Assembly: GCA_043746375.1 (NCBI GenBank)
Contig: JAYTRF010000132.1
Location: 12,295 to 76,294, forward strand
Reading direction: 5' to 3'
DNA length: 64,000 bases
Origin: Caulobacteraceae bacterium
GTDB taxonomy: Bacteria > Pseudomonadota > Alphaproteobacteria > Caulobacterales > Caulobacteraceae
Part shown: positions 32,213 through 41,400 of the stretch, in pieces
Numbering within the stretch: position 1 is the stretch's first letter
Layout of the letters: every line of letters starts with the position of its first letter
Position numbers and translations under genes: made by a program
The notes under the pieces: model-generated
The model's database searches: none
Seen by the model: the letters and a program-made list of their open reading frames with translations, nothing else
Told to the model about the DNA's origin: nothing

Positions 32213-33430
32213 ATGACCGCTGAATTCCACCGCATCCGGCGCCTCCCGCCTTACGTCTTCGAGGAGGTGAATCGACTTAAGGCCAAGCTTCGCGCTCAGG
32301 GCGTCGACATCATCGATTTCGGCATGGGCAACCCCGACATGCCGACCCCTCGCCATATCGTCGACAAGCTGGTGGAGACCGCCCGCGACCCCAAGTCTGG
32401 CCGCTATTCCGCGTCGAAAGGGATAGCCGGATTGCGCCGTGCGATGGCCGCCTATTACGCCCGGCGGTTCGACGTTAAGCTCGATCCCGAGACCGAGGTG
32501 ATCGCCACCCTGGGGTCCAAGGAGGGTTTTGCCAACCTCGCCCAGGCGATCACGGCCCCGGGCGATGTGATCATCTGCCCAAATCCGGCGTACCCGATCC
32601 ACGCCTACGGTTTCATCATGGCCGGGGGCGTGATCCGACATGTTCCGGCCCTGTCGCCGCAGGACTATCTTGCGGGCGTTAGCCGCGCGGTCCGTCATTC
32701 CGCTCCGCCTCCAAGCGTGCTGATCTTGAGCTACCCGTCCAACCCCACTGCCCAATGGGTGGATTTGGATTTCTATCGCGATGCCATTGCCCTGGCTAAG
32801 AAACACGAGATGCTCGTGCTCTCCGACGTTGCCTATTCGGAAATCTATTTCGATGATAATCCGCCCCCCTCCGTGCTTCAGGTCGACGGGGCGCGGGACA
32901 TCGCCGTTGAAGTCAATTCCCTCTCCAAGACCTACGCCATGGCCGGGTGGAGGGTTGGAATGGTGGTTGGATCGGCCCGCATGTGCGCGGCCCTGGCCAG
33001 GGTGAAGTCCTATCTCGACTACGGCGCCTTCACGCCGATCCAGGTCGCAGCGGCCGCCGCCTTGAACGGCCCCCAGGACTGTGTCGATGAGATCCGCGCC
33101 ACCTACAAATCGCGTCGGGACGTCTTGGTATCGGCGATGGCGCGGGCCGGATGGGACATCCCATCGCCCCCCGCCTCGATGTTCGCCTGGGCGCCGGTGC
33201 CCGAGGCCTTTCGCCAAGCGGGTTCGATGCTGTTTTCGAAGTTGCTGATCGAGGAGGCCGGGGTCGCCGTATCCCCCGGGGTAGCCTTCGGCGAATACGG
33301 GGAGGGCTATGTGCGAATCGGGCTGGTGGAGAACGAACATCGAATTCGCCAGGCGGCGCGCAACGTGCGCAAGTTCCTCGATCAGTCCGGACAGATACTG
33401 AGCCAGGTCCGTGACCGGTGGCCGGCATGA
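32213..33430 (+). CDS. Class I/II PLP aminotransferase (AlaC/LL-DAP aminotransferase-like)
   Basis: LPPYVF, GMGNPD, GSKEG, YPSNPT, SLSKTY.MAGWR.G, DYG. Confidence 0.88.
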   Translation: MTAEFHRIRRLPPYVFEEVNRLKAKLRAQGVDIIDFGMGNPDMPTPRHIVDKLVETARDPKSGRYSASKGIAGLRRAMAAYYARRFDVKLDPETEVIATLGSKEGFANLAQAITAPGDVIICPNPAYPIHAYGFIMAGGVIRHVPALSPQDYLAGVSRAVRHSAPPPSVLILSYPSNPTAQWVDLDFYRDAIALAKKHEMLVLSDVAYSEIYFDDNPPPSVLQVDGARDIAVEVNSLSKTYAMAGWRVGMVVGSARMCAALARVKSYLDYGAFTPIQVAAAAALNGPQDCVDEIRATYKSRRDVLVSAMARAGWDIPSPPASMFAWAPVPEAFRQAGSMLFSKLLIEEAGVAVSPGVAFGEYGEGYVRIGLVENEHRIRQAARNVRKFLDQSGQILSQVRDRWPA

Positions 33431-33443
33431 GGCCGCACGACTC

Positions 33444-34733
33444 ATGACCCAGAGACAATGGCGAATCGCCATCGCTGGGCTCGGCACCGTGGGAGCGGGC
33501 CTCGTCAGCCTCATTGCCCGCCGGCCGGCGTTCGCCCCGGCCGGGGCTCTCGTAAAGATCACCGCCGTCAGCGCCCGCTCCCGATCGCGACCACGCCCTG
33601 CGGATATTTCTGCCCTCGCGTGGTTCGACGATCCGGTGGCCATGGCCGCCTCGCCGGACAATGACATCTTCGTCGAGTTGATCGGCGGTTCGGACGGCCC
33701 CGCCAAGGCCGCGGTCGAGGCAGCCCTTCGGGCAGGCAAGCCCGTCGTCACCGCCAACAAGGCGCTGATCGCTGAGCACGGGCGAGAACTCGCCATTCTG
33801 GCTGAAGCCAATGGCGCGCCGCTGCTCTTCGAGGCGGCGGTGATGGGCGGGACGCCTGCCGTGAAGATGCTGCGCGAGGCCATGGTAGGCGACGAGGTGA
33901 TCTCGGTGGCTGGCATCCTCAACGGCACCAGCAATTACATCCTTAGTGAAATGGAGGCATCGGGGAGCGGCTTTGCGGACGTGCTCGCCGAAGCCAAGCG
34001 CCTTGGCTACGCCGAGGCAGATCCAAGCTTCGACGTCGGCGGCATCGACGCAGCTCACAAGATCTCGATCCTCGCCGCTCTCGCCTTTGGTTGTGCGCCT
34101 GCCTATGCCGCGGCCGAAATCGAAGGCATCGAAACCATCGAGCTGCTCGATATCCGCTTGGCGAAGGATCTTGGTTACCGCATCAAGCTCCTGGCTTCGG
34201 CCGCGCGTTCAGGCGACGGGATTTCGGTACGGGTCAACCCAGCATTGATTCCCCTCGACCACCCCCTGGCAAGAACCGGCGGGGTGCTCAACGCCCTGTT
34301 CATCGAGGGCCGCAGCATTGGCCGGATCTTCATTCAGGGCGCCGGAGCAGGGGCCGGTCCGACCGCAGCCGCAGTCGCCGCCGATATCGCCGATGTAATG
34401 ACCGGCGCAGTTCGCCCGGTGTTTCAAGGCCCGGCGGCGTCGCTCCCGACGATGAAGCCGCTGGACCCTGACCACGCGGTGGGGCGCGCATACCTGCGCC
34501 TCATCGTTCGCGATCAACCGGGCGTCATTGCCGCTGTCTCCGAAACCCTGGCGGACAGCGGTGTCTCCATCGACAGCTTTCTGCAGAAGTCGAGTGAGGA
34601 TACCGGGCGCGTGCCGATCGTCCTGACCACGCACGCGGTGGCTGCCGCCGTGATGGAACAAGCAGTGCGCCGCATGGCTGCGCTGCCGGCGCTCCTCGAA
34701 GCCCCGCGCCTGATCCGCATCGCGCCGGTTTGA
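33444..34733 (+). CDS. hom: Homoserine dehydrogenase with ACT domain
   Basis: GLGTVG, VVTANK, EAAV.GG.P, LNGTSNY, GYAEADP, GAG..PTA. Confidence 0.94.
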   Translation: MTQRQWRIAIAGLGTVGAGLVSLIARRPAFAPAGALVKITAVSARSRSRPRPADISALAWFDDPVAMAASPDNDIFVELIGGSDGPAKAAVEAALRAGKPVVTANKALIAEHGRELAILAEANGAPLLFEAAVMGGTPAVKMLREAMVGDEVISVAGILNGTSNYILSEMEASGSGFADVLAEAKRLGYAEADPSFDVGGIDAAHKISILAALAFGCAPAYAAAEIEGIETIELLDIRLAKDLGYRIKLLASAARSGDGISVRVNPALIPLDHPLARTGGVLNALFIEGRSIGRIFIQGAGAGAGPTAAAVAADIADVMTGAVRPVFQGPAASLPTMKPLDPDHAVGRAYLRLIVRDQPGVIAAVSETLADSGVSIDSFLQKSSEDTGRVPIVLTTHAVAAAVMEQAVRRMAALPALLEAPRLIRIAPV

Positions 34734-34788
34734 GAATCCGTGGATATTGGAAGCCGCGCGGCCGGTCGGCCGCTCAGGAGAGGTGCCG

Positions 34789-35739
34789 ATGAGTTCGCTG
34801 GTTCTGGATCGCGCTTTGGTCATGGAGGCGGTCCGCGTCACCGAAGCGGCGGCGATCGCAGCCTGGGCTCTGGCCGGTCGCGGCGATGAAAAGGCGGCTG
34901 ATCAGGCCGCCGTAGACGCGATGCGCACGGCGCTCAACGAGCTGCCCATCGACGGCGTCATTGTCATTGGCGAGGGCGAGCGCGACGAGGCCCCGATGCT
35001 GTACATAGGCGAGAAGGTCGGGCGCGGCGGTCCCCGTATCGACATTGCGCTGGACCCTCTCGAAGGAACCACCTTGACGGCCAAGGCGATGGCCAACGCG
35101 CTGGCGGTGATGGCGTGGGCGCCAGAAGGCACCCTGCTCAACGCCCCCGACACCTATATGGACAAGATCGCCTGTGGCCCTGGCTATGCGCCCGGACTTC
35201 TCGATCTCGACCGCGGTCCGGCTGAAAACGCCCGTGCCGTGGCGCAGGCCAAGGGTGTCGATGTGAGCGAGATCACCGTCTGTGTGCTCGACCGGCCGCG
35301 TCACGCCCAGATCATCTCCGGGTTGCGGGTTGCGGGCGTGAGAATTCACCTGATCACCGACGGCGATGTGGCCGGGGTGATGAACACTGCCGACGCCGAA
35401 ACCGGCGTCGACATGTATGTCGGTCAGGGGGGCGCCCCTGAAGGGGTGCTTGCCTGCGCCGCCCTGAAATGCGTCGGCGGGCAGTTCCAGGGCCGCCTGG
35501 TTTTCCGCAACGCTCGGGAGCGCGAGCGCGCTCGCGGCCACGGCATCACAGACCTTGATCGAAAGTACGACCTTCACGAAATGGTTCGGGCGGACGCGAT
35601 TTTCGCGGCGACAGGCGTGACCGGCGGGGCCCTCTTGGATGGCGTGCGCGTGACGGACGGCTGCGTGCACACCCATTCGTTGGTGATGAACTCATCGACC
35701 CGAACGGTGCGCCACGTGCGTATGAAGCGACCAATTTGA
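34789..35739 (+). CDS. glpX: Fructose-1,6-bisphosphatase class II
   Basis: RVTEAAA, IGEGERDEAPML, DPLEGT, DRPRH, DGDV, GGAPEGV. Confidence 0.95.
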   Translation: MSSLVLDRALVMEAVRVTEAAAIAAWALAGRGDEKAADQAAVDAMRTALNELPIDGVIVIGEGERDEAPMLYIGEKVGRGGPRIDIALDPLEGTTLTAKAMANALAVMAWAPEGTLLNAPDTYMDKIACGPGYAPGLLDLDRGPAENARAVAQAKGVDVSEITVCVLDRPRHAQIISGLRVAGVRIHLITDGDVAGVMNTADAETGVDMYVGQGGAPEGVLACAALKCVGGQFQGRLVFRNARERERARGHGITDLDRKYDLHEMVRADAIFAATGVTGGALLDGVRVTDGCVHTHSLVMNSSTRTVRHVRMKRPI

Positions 35740-37544
35740 TGGCTGATGGCGGCCAGGCCCCGGCGGGTTTCCTCGGCGTCGCCCGGTCGCTCACCGGCAG
35801 ACGCTGGCGTGAGCGCAGGGCCGACCCGGCGCTCGTGCGCGACCACCAGGCCACGCTCTCGCTGGCAGAGCCCGTTGCCCGCGCGCTGGCGTCGAGAGGC
35901 GTCGCCAGCGGACAGGGCGCAGATTTTCTCAAACCTACCCTGCGGGCGCTGTTTCCCGATCCCTCAAGCTTTGCTGACATGGACCGGGCCGCGGCCATCC
36001 TTGTCGACGCTCTGCAATCCAGCCGCCCGACGGTGGTGTTCGCCGACTACGACGTCGATGGCGCGGCCAGCGCCGCACAGCTGGTCCGCTGGTTTCGCCA
36101 CATGGGCGCTGAACTGCCGATCTACGTGCCCGACCGGCTGACCGAAGGCTATGGGCCAAGCCCGGCCGCCTTCCAGGCGCTTCGGGCGAGCGGAGTCGAG
36201 CTCGTAGTCACGGTGGACTGCGGCGCGGCTGCAGGCGATGCAATCGCGGCGGCGGCGATGATCGGCCTGGACGTCGTGGTCATCGACCATCACCTGATGC
36301 GTGGCGAGGCTCCAGCCGCGGCCGCTCTGGTCAATCCCAACCGCCCCGACTGCGGGTCGGGGCAGGGGGTCCTGGCCGCGGCCGGTGTTACCTTCGTGCT
36401 CCTGGCGGCTCTCAGCCGGGAGGCCCGCCGCCGAGGGCTATTCGCGGCCCGCGCCGAGCCCGATCTGCGTCAATGGCTTGATCTGGCCGCTTTGGGCGCG
36501 GTCTGCGATGTCACTCAGCTCGTCGGATTCAACCGCGCCCTTGCATTGCAAGGGCTGAAAGTGATGTCGCGTTGGGCCAACCCCGGTCTCGCGGCGCTGA
36601 TCGAGGTCGCCGGCGCCAAGAGTGGCCCAGCGAGCGTCTTCCATGCAGGCTTCATCCTGGGGCCCCGGATCAATGCTGGCGGTCGGATTGGCCGAGCGGA
36701 TTTGGGCGCCCGCCTACTCGCCACCGACGATCCCATGGAAGCCTCACAGCTGGCGCGCCAACTCGATGCGCTCAACCAGGAACGCAAAGGCGTCGAGCGC
36801 GAGATCGTGACCGCCGCGATCGCAACGATCGAGCAGGGCAGCAACCTTGACCCCAACGCGCCAGTCATCGTCGTGGCCGGGGAGGGCTGGCACCCGGGGG
36901 TCATCGGCATCGTCGCCAGCCGCCTGCGCGAGCGGTACCGCAAGCCGGTCGTGGTGATCGGCGTCGATCCGATCGGCAACATCGCCAAGGGGTCCGGGCG
37001 CTCCCAACCTGGCGTAAATCTCGGCGCCGCGATCGGAGCGGCCTTTGACCAAGGGTTGCTGATGGCGGGGGGCGGCCACGCCATGGCTGCCGGCGTCACC
37101 CTGCGGCCGTCGGCGATTCCGGAATTCCGCGCCTTCCTTTGCCAAGGGTTGGCCGGTGAGATGGCCCTGGCCAGCGCGGAGGATGCTTTCGACATCGATG
37201 CTCTCGTGACCCCTGGCGCGGCGGCCCGTCCTATGCTGGATGCATTCGATCAGCTCGCGCCCTTCGGCCCCGGCAATCCCGAACCGACTTTCGCCGTGGC
37301 CGACGTCAGGGCCGAACGGACAATGGCGTTGCGCGGAGGCCATCTGCGCTGCACGCTGGTCGACGCCCAAGGCGCTCAGTTGAGGGCGGTGGCCTGGCGC
37401 TCAGCCGACAGCGAAATCGGCCGGCGTCTTCTGGCAGGCGGCTCGCTCCACCTGGCGGGCCGCCTAAAGATCGACGATTGGAATGGCCGGGGCGGCGTCG
37501 AACTGGAGATTGACGATGCCGCCGAGCCGCGTCGCGCGCTTTAA
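35739..37544 (+). CDS. recJ: ssDNA exonuclease RecJ
   Basis: DYDVDG, DR..EGYG, TVDCG, DHH, PRINA.GR, GSGRS, GGH.MAAG. Confidence 0.95.
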   Translation: MADGGQAPAGFLGVARSLTGRRWRERRADPALVRDHQATLSLAEPVARALASRGVASGQGADFLKPTLRALFPDPSSFADMDRAAAILVDALQSSRPTVVFADYDVDGAASAAQLVRWFRHMGAELPIYVPDRLTEGYGPSPAAFQALRASGVELVVTVDCGAAAGDAIAAAAMIGLDVVVIDHHLMRGEAPAAAALVNPNRPDCGSGQGVLAAAGVTFVLLAALSREARRRGLFAARAEPDLRQWLDLAALGAVCDVTQLVGFNRALALQGLKVMSRWANPGLAALIEVAGAKSGPASVFHAGFILGPRINAGGRIGRADLGARLLATDDPMEASQLARQLDALNQERKGVEREIVTAAIATIEQGSNLDPNAPVIVVAGEGWHPGVIGIVASRLRERYRKPVVVIGVDPIGNIAKGSGRSQPGVNLGAAIGAAFDQGLLMAGGGHAMAAGVTLRPSAIPEFRAFLCQGLAGEMALASAEDAFDIDALVTPGAAARPMLDAFDQLAPFGPGNPEPTFAVADVRAERTMALRGGHLRCTLVDAQGAQLRAVAWRSADSEIGRRLLAGGSLHLAGRLKIDDWNGRGGVELEIDDAAEPRRAL

Positions 37545-37560
37545 CGGCCCCGTATCTACA

Positions 37561-37594
37561 CTTGCGGCGGTCAGCTTGCGGCGGTCAGCTTGCG
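37561..37594. repeat. 14-bp tandem duplication CTTGCGGCGGTCAG x2.4
   Basis: Exact copies at 37561-37574 and 37575-37588, plus partial CTTGCG. Confidence 0.9.
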
Positions 37595-37618
37595 CCCCCT
37601 GGGAGCGGCGGATATATC
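37590..37618 (+). promoter_or_regulatory. Putative sigma70 promoter of tRNA-Glu
   Basis: TTGCGC-N17-TATATC ending 13 nt upstream of the tRNA. Confidence 0.55.
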
Positions 37619-37631
37619 CCGGGGCCGCGCC

Positions 37632-37706
37632 GGGCCCTTCGTCTATCGGTTAGGACATCAGATTTTCAATCTGGGAAGAGGGGTTCGACTCCCCTAGGGC
37701 CTACCA
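37632..37706 (+). tRNA. tRNA-Glu(TTC)
   Basis: GGGCCCT/AGGGCCT acceptor, TCAGA-TTTTCAA-TCTGG anticodon arm, GGTTCGACTCC, CCA. Confidence 0.96.
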
Positions 37707-37780
37707 GTGACCAAGATCTGTCACGCTCTCTGGCCTTCACGACGGCCTTGGCCTTGTTCCTGGCTCGGCTGCGGTCGGCT

Positions 37781-38032
37781 TTAGGAAGTGTGGTGGTGGT
37801 GGTAATGGTGCCGCCTCCGCCGCCAAACATGATGGCGGCGATGATTGCTATAGCGATTGCCGATGATGGCCCCGCCCACTCCGCCAACCACGGCGCCCAC
37901 CGGGCCGGCCACCACGGCACCGCCGACTGCCCCTGCGACTGCGCCGCCGACCTTGCCGCGCTCGGTAGCGGAAGCCGATCCTGCGGTGCCGATCATGAGG
38001 ACCATACAGGCCGCTGCGCAGAGCTGTTTCAC
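37781..38032 (-). CDS. Small exported glycine-zipper protein with His/Arg-rich tail (83 aa)
   Basis: GTG start after GGAG; signal peptide, GGAVAGAVGGAVVAGPVGAVVGG, tail HRRHHVWRRRRHHYHHHH. Confidence 0.75.
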   Translation of the reverse strand: MKQLCAAACMVLMIGTAGSASATERGKVGGAVAGAVGGAVVAGPVGAVVGGVGGAIIGNRYSNHRRHHVWRRRRHHYHHHHTS

Positions 38033-38077
38033 GGGAATTCTCCGACTGTGGATTGGCTGTTGGTCGCTTCGAAACTG

Positions 38078-38102
38078 AACCCGCCGGCGCCCCGCCGGTT
38101 CC
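38078..38102 (-). promoter_or_regulatory. Putative sigmaT/EcfG general-stress promoter
   Basis: GGAAC-N16-GGTT on the minus strand, 45 nt upstream of the glycine-zipper gene start. Confidence 0.6.
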
Positions 38103-38121
38103 CGATCGGCGCGGGAGGCGC

Positions 38122-38195
38122 TGGAGGCCTGGCCGAGAATCGAACTCGGGTGCGCGGATTTGCAGTCCGCTGCGTAACCACTCCGCCACCAGGCC
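38122..38195 (-). tRNA. tRNA-Cys(GCA)
   Basis: GGCCTGG acceptor, GCGGA-CTGCAAA-TCCGC anticodon arm, discriminator U, CCA. Confidence 0.96.
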
Positions 38196-38324
38196 GCGTC
38201 AGGGCGTTGCGAAGGGCTAGCAGAAGGCCCAGGCGCGGGCAATCTATGGCGCGGGCGCGGTTGCTTCGCCGTTAACGGCCGCCGTATAACGACCGTGCCG
38301 CGCCCTCAGGAACCGTTGCAGCCA

Positions 38325-38894
38325 ATGAGCGTCGACTTCACCGCCGCGCGCACCAACATGGTTGAGAGCCAGGTGCGCACCGCCGACGTGACCGACCTGC
38401 CCATCCAAGATGCGATGCGCATCGTTGCGCGCGAGGCGCTGCTCGACGCCGCAAAAAGGCCTTTGGCTTACGCCGATGCGGAAGTCGAATATGCCCCTGG
38501 CCGCTGGCTGCTTCGCCCCCGTGATGTGGCTAAGCTGCTGCAGATGCTGCATCCGAGGCCCGGCGAGCGGTGCCTTGGCATCGCCGCTCCCTATGCGTCC
38601 GCGGTTCTGGAGGCCATGGGACTGAGCGTCACCCAAATTGACGCCGCCCAGCCGCCGCCGCCCGGGGCCAGCTTCGATGTCATTGTCTGCGAAGGCGCGG
38701 TGACGCGCTCGCCGTCAGCGTGGACGGCGTCGCTCGCCGCTGGTGGCCGGCTGGGCGTGGTCGAGCGGACCGGACCGCAGGGGCGGGCGATGCTTTACCT
38801 GCGGGCCGGCGACACGGTCGGCGCGCGTCCAGTGTTCGACTCGACACCGCCGCTTCTGGCGGGCTTCGCGCCGTCGCCGACCTTCACATTCTAG
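38325..38894 (+). CDS. Protein-L-isoaspartate O-methyltransferase-like protein (degenerate SAM motif)
   Basis: AR.NMVESQVR..DVTD, AYAD, FDVI..EGA, GGRL; upstream of tolC-popZ. Confidence 0.8.
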   Translation: MSVDFTAARTNMVESQVRTADVTDLPIQDAMRIVAREALLDAAKRPLAYADAEVEYAPGRWLLRPRDVAKLLQMLHPRPGERCLGIAAPYASAVLEAMGLSVTQIDAAQPPPPGASFDVIVCEGAVTRSPSAWTASLAAGGRLGVVERTGPQGRAMLYLRAGDTVGARPVFDSTPPLLAGFAPSPTFTF

Positions 38895-39012
38895 AAACCG
38901 CCGACAGCCGTGGTGACGAAAGCTTAATCCGTCCAGGGCTGGCCGGGGGCGCCTCGCGCAGACTAATAGCGGGATGAGTACGTTATCGGCACGCGTGCGG
39001 CGGAGGGCATCA

Positions 39013-40488
39013 ATGGCTATCGGTCAACGCAAGAGAGCGTTTGGAGCGGTTGCCACCGCAGGATTGCTCTTCGGCGTGGGTGCCGGAAGCACATGCGCCG
39101 AGACTCTCGCCGATGCTCTTGCGCTCGCTTATCAGACCAATCCGACCCTGCAGGGCCAGCGAGCCAGCCAGCGTGCGCTTGATGAAACCTACGTCCAGGC
39201 GCGGGCGGGATACAACCCTACGGCGTCGATCCAGGCCAGCGTAACCACCGACAGCAACAATCAGAAATTTTCGCGCAGCGTAACCTCTATTCCGGGGCAA
39301 AGTCAGACCTCCGCCGCGACACTTGCGGTCACCCAGCCGATCTACACCGGCGGCCTAGTCTCCAGCCAGGTGAACGCGGCCGATGCCGATGTCCTGGCCG
39401 GGCGTGAAGGCCTGGAACATACCGAACAAACAGTTTTACAGACTGTGATCGGGGCTTACGTCGATGTACGGCGCGATCAGGAGAGCCTTGCCATAACCCA
39501 GCAGAACGTCGCCGTGCTGGGACGGCAATTGGAAGAGGCCAAGGCCCGTTTCCAGGTTGGCGAGATTACGCGCACCGATGTGGCGCAGACCCAGGCGCGT
39601 CTGGCGGCCGCGCAGGCGCAGCTGGCGTCCGCCCAGGCGCAGCTGACCATCAGCCGCGCAAATTACGCTGCTGTCGTCGGGCAGAATCCGGCTGACCTGG
39701 CGCCGGAGCCATCGCTCGCCAAGCTCCTGCCGGCGACGATGGATCAGGCCTACGATGGCGCCGAACACGACAATCCGCAGATCCGCCAAGCCGACCTGGC
39801 CGAGCAGGCTGCGGCAGCGCGCGTGGCTGCCGCCAAGGCTCAGACCCGGCCCACCCTCGCCCTTCGCGCGGGCGCGGGCTACCAGGGTGGAAACCTTGGG
39901 CTGGCCTCGCCGTTCGCCAACTACGCCCACGACGTCAATGCATCCGCCGTGCTGACCATTCCTCTGTTCACGGGCGGACTTACCTCATCGGAGATCCGCC
40001 AGGCTGCGGAACGCGACAATGTCGCACGCATCAACGTCGAGGTTGTCCGCAGGCAGATCCTGCAGCAGCTGGCCCAGGCCTGGAGCCAGCTTCTGGGGGC
40101 AAGGGCCAACCTCGTGGCAAACGAGGAGCAGGTGCGGGCCACGGCAATCGCCTTCGATGGCGCCAGTCAGGAAGCGCAGGTGGGTCTGCGAACCACCCTC
40201 GACGTCCTTAACGCGGAGCAGGAATTGCGCAACGCCCAGCTGGCGCTGGTCAACGCAAGGCACGACGAATATGTCGCCGCGACGGCGGTGCTGGTGGCCA
40301 TGGGCGCGCTTCATGTCGAGGACCTGACGGCCGGCCTGGCGGCTTACGATCCCAAGGTCAATTTCGACCGTGTGCGGCATTCATTCAGCTGGATTCCGTG
40401 GACGCCGGCGGTGGAGGCGATCGACCGGCTGGGTGCGCCGTCCATCATTACCGCCCCGGCCGCGGCGGAAGGGGCCGCCCGCCCTTGA
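39013..40488 (+). CDS. TolC family outer membrane channel
   Basis: AETL.DAL..AY..NP, RF.VGE.TRTDVAQ, G.RTTLDVLNAEQE; start could be 38974. Confidence 0.9.
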   Translation: MAIGQRKRAFGAVATAGLLFGVGAGSTCAETLADALALAYQTNPTLQGQRASQRALDETYVQARAGYNPTASIQASVTTDSNNQKFSRSVTSIPGQSQTSAATLAVTQPIYTGGLVSSQVNAADADVLAGREGLEHTEQTVLQTVIGAYVDVRRDQESLAITQQNVAVLGRQLEEAKARFQVGEITRTDVAQTQARLAAAQAQLASAQAQLTISRANYAAVVGQNPADLAPEPSLAKLLPATMDQAYDGAEHDNPQIRQADLAEQAAAARVAAAKAQTRPTLALRAGAGYQGGNLGLASPFANYAHDVNASAVLTIPLFTGGLTSSEIRQAAERDNVARINVEVVRRQILQQLAQAWSQLLGARANLVANEEQVRATAIAFDGASQEAQVGLRTTLDVLNAEQELRNAQLALVNARHDEYVAATAVLVAMGALHVEDLTAGLAAYDPKVNFDRVRHSFSWIPWTPAVEAIDRLGAPSIITAPAAAEGAARP

Positions 40489-40616
40489 CGGCGCCCAAGG
40501 GCCAGCGTCGTTGACGCCAGCCCGCTAATCGACGCAAGGAAATTGCAGGATGGTCTCTGGACGCGTAGCGTGAGGCCAGGGATTCTCCTTTCGCACCTCA
40601 AATCGACGGCCCGCCA

Positions 40617-41240
40617 ATGTCAGAACAGCCCGCCCCCGAACCAACCATGGAGGAAATCCTGGCCTCGATCCGACGCATCATCTCCGAGGACGACGCGCCT
40701 CCGGCCAAGGGCGCCGCCCCCGCGTCTGCCGACGGCGAACACGACTGGACCCCCCCCGCCGCCGGCTCGGCCGACGCTGCCGGGTCCGACGCTGACGACG
40801 ACGTGCTCGAGTTGACCGAGAGGGCGCCCACCAGGGCAGCTAGCGAGACTCACGGCGATGTCGATGTCTACGCCGAGCCGGTTGCGGCCGCGGCCGCCCT
40901 CGAGCCGGTCGGGGCGCCGGCGCCCAAGGCGATCGCCGCCCCCGAAGTGCTCGGCATAGCCGCAGCGATGTCGGCTGAAGACGACGCCCCGCTGGTCAGC
41001 GAACCGGCGGCATCCACGGCGGCCTCGGCTTTCGACAAGTTGTCCGCGAGCCTGGCAAAGCCGGCTCCGCCGCCGATCCCCGCCATTGCCATGCCGGCGG
41101 CGGGTCGCACCTTGGAAGATCTCACCCGCGAGCTTCTGCGGCCCTTGCTCAAGACCTGGCTGGAAGAAAACCTTGGCGCGATCGTTCAAGCGCGTGTCGA
41201 CGAAGAGGTCGATCGCATCGCCCGCAGCCGAGTACGCTAG
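40617..41240 (+). CDS. popZ: Polar organising protein PopZ
   Basis: EPTMEEILASIRRIISED N-terminal helix, Pro/acidic linker, RTLED.TRELLRP.LK.WL..NL C-terminus; between tolC and valS. Confidence 0.93.
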   Translation: MSEQPAPEPTMEEILASIRRIISEDDAPPAKGAAPASADGEHDWTPPAAGSADAAGSDADDDVLELTERAPTRAASETHGDVDVYAEPVAAAAALEPVGAPAPKAIAAPEVLGIAAAMSAEDDAPLVSEPAASTAASAFDKLSASLAKPAPPPIPAIAMPAAGRTLEDLTRELLRPLLKTWLEENLGAIVQARVDEEVDRIARSRVR

Positions 41241-41320
41241 CCCCGCGTCATCTACCTCGAAATCGGGGGGCTGCCGGACACTTAACCTTTAAGGCCGAGC
41301 CCATCGGCTGACAGGTCGCA

Positions 41321-41375
41321 ACCCCTTGGTCGGCTGCGCCGATACCTTCTCCCGCAGGGGGGGAAGGGCAGATTC
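41321..41375. repeat. Alphaproteobacterial REP-like intergenic palindrome
   Basis: Two hairpins TCGGC-TGC-GCCGA and CCTTCTCCC-GCAG-GGGGGAAGG followed by a GANTC site; single copy in this window. Confidence 0.5.
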
Positions 41376-41400
41376 TCCTTAGAGCCTTCTTTCACATCCG

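Noticed and set aside
32129-33934. 601-aa antisense ORF over the aminotransferase and hom
   Set aside because: Same antisense-frame artefact, spanning two real genes; no domain signature
37632-38195. tRNA-anchored genomic island (also considered for tRNA-Pro at 25175)
   Set aside because: No integrase and no duplicated tRNA 3' end seen; flanks are core genes
41282-41292. TTAA-N3-TTAA as a CtrA site
   Set aside because: Spacing does not match TTAA-N7-TTAA
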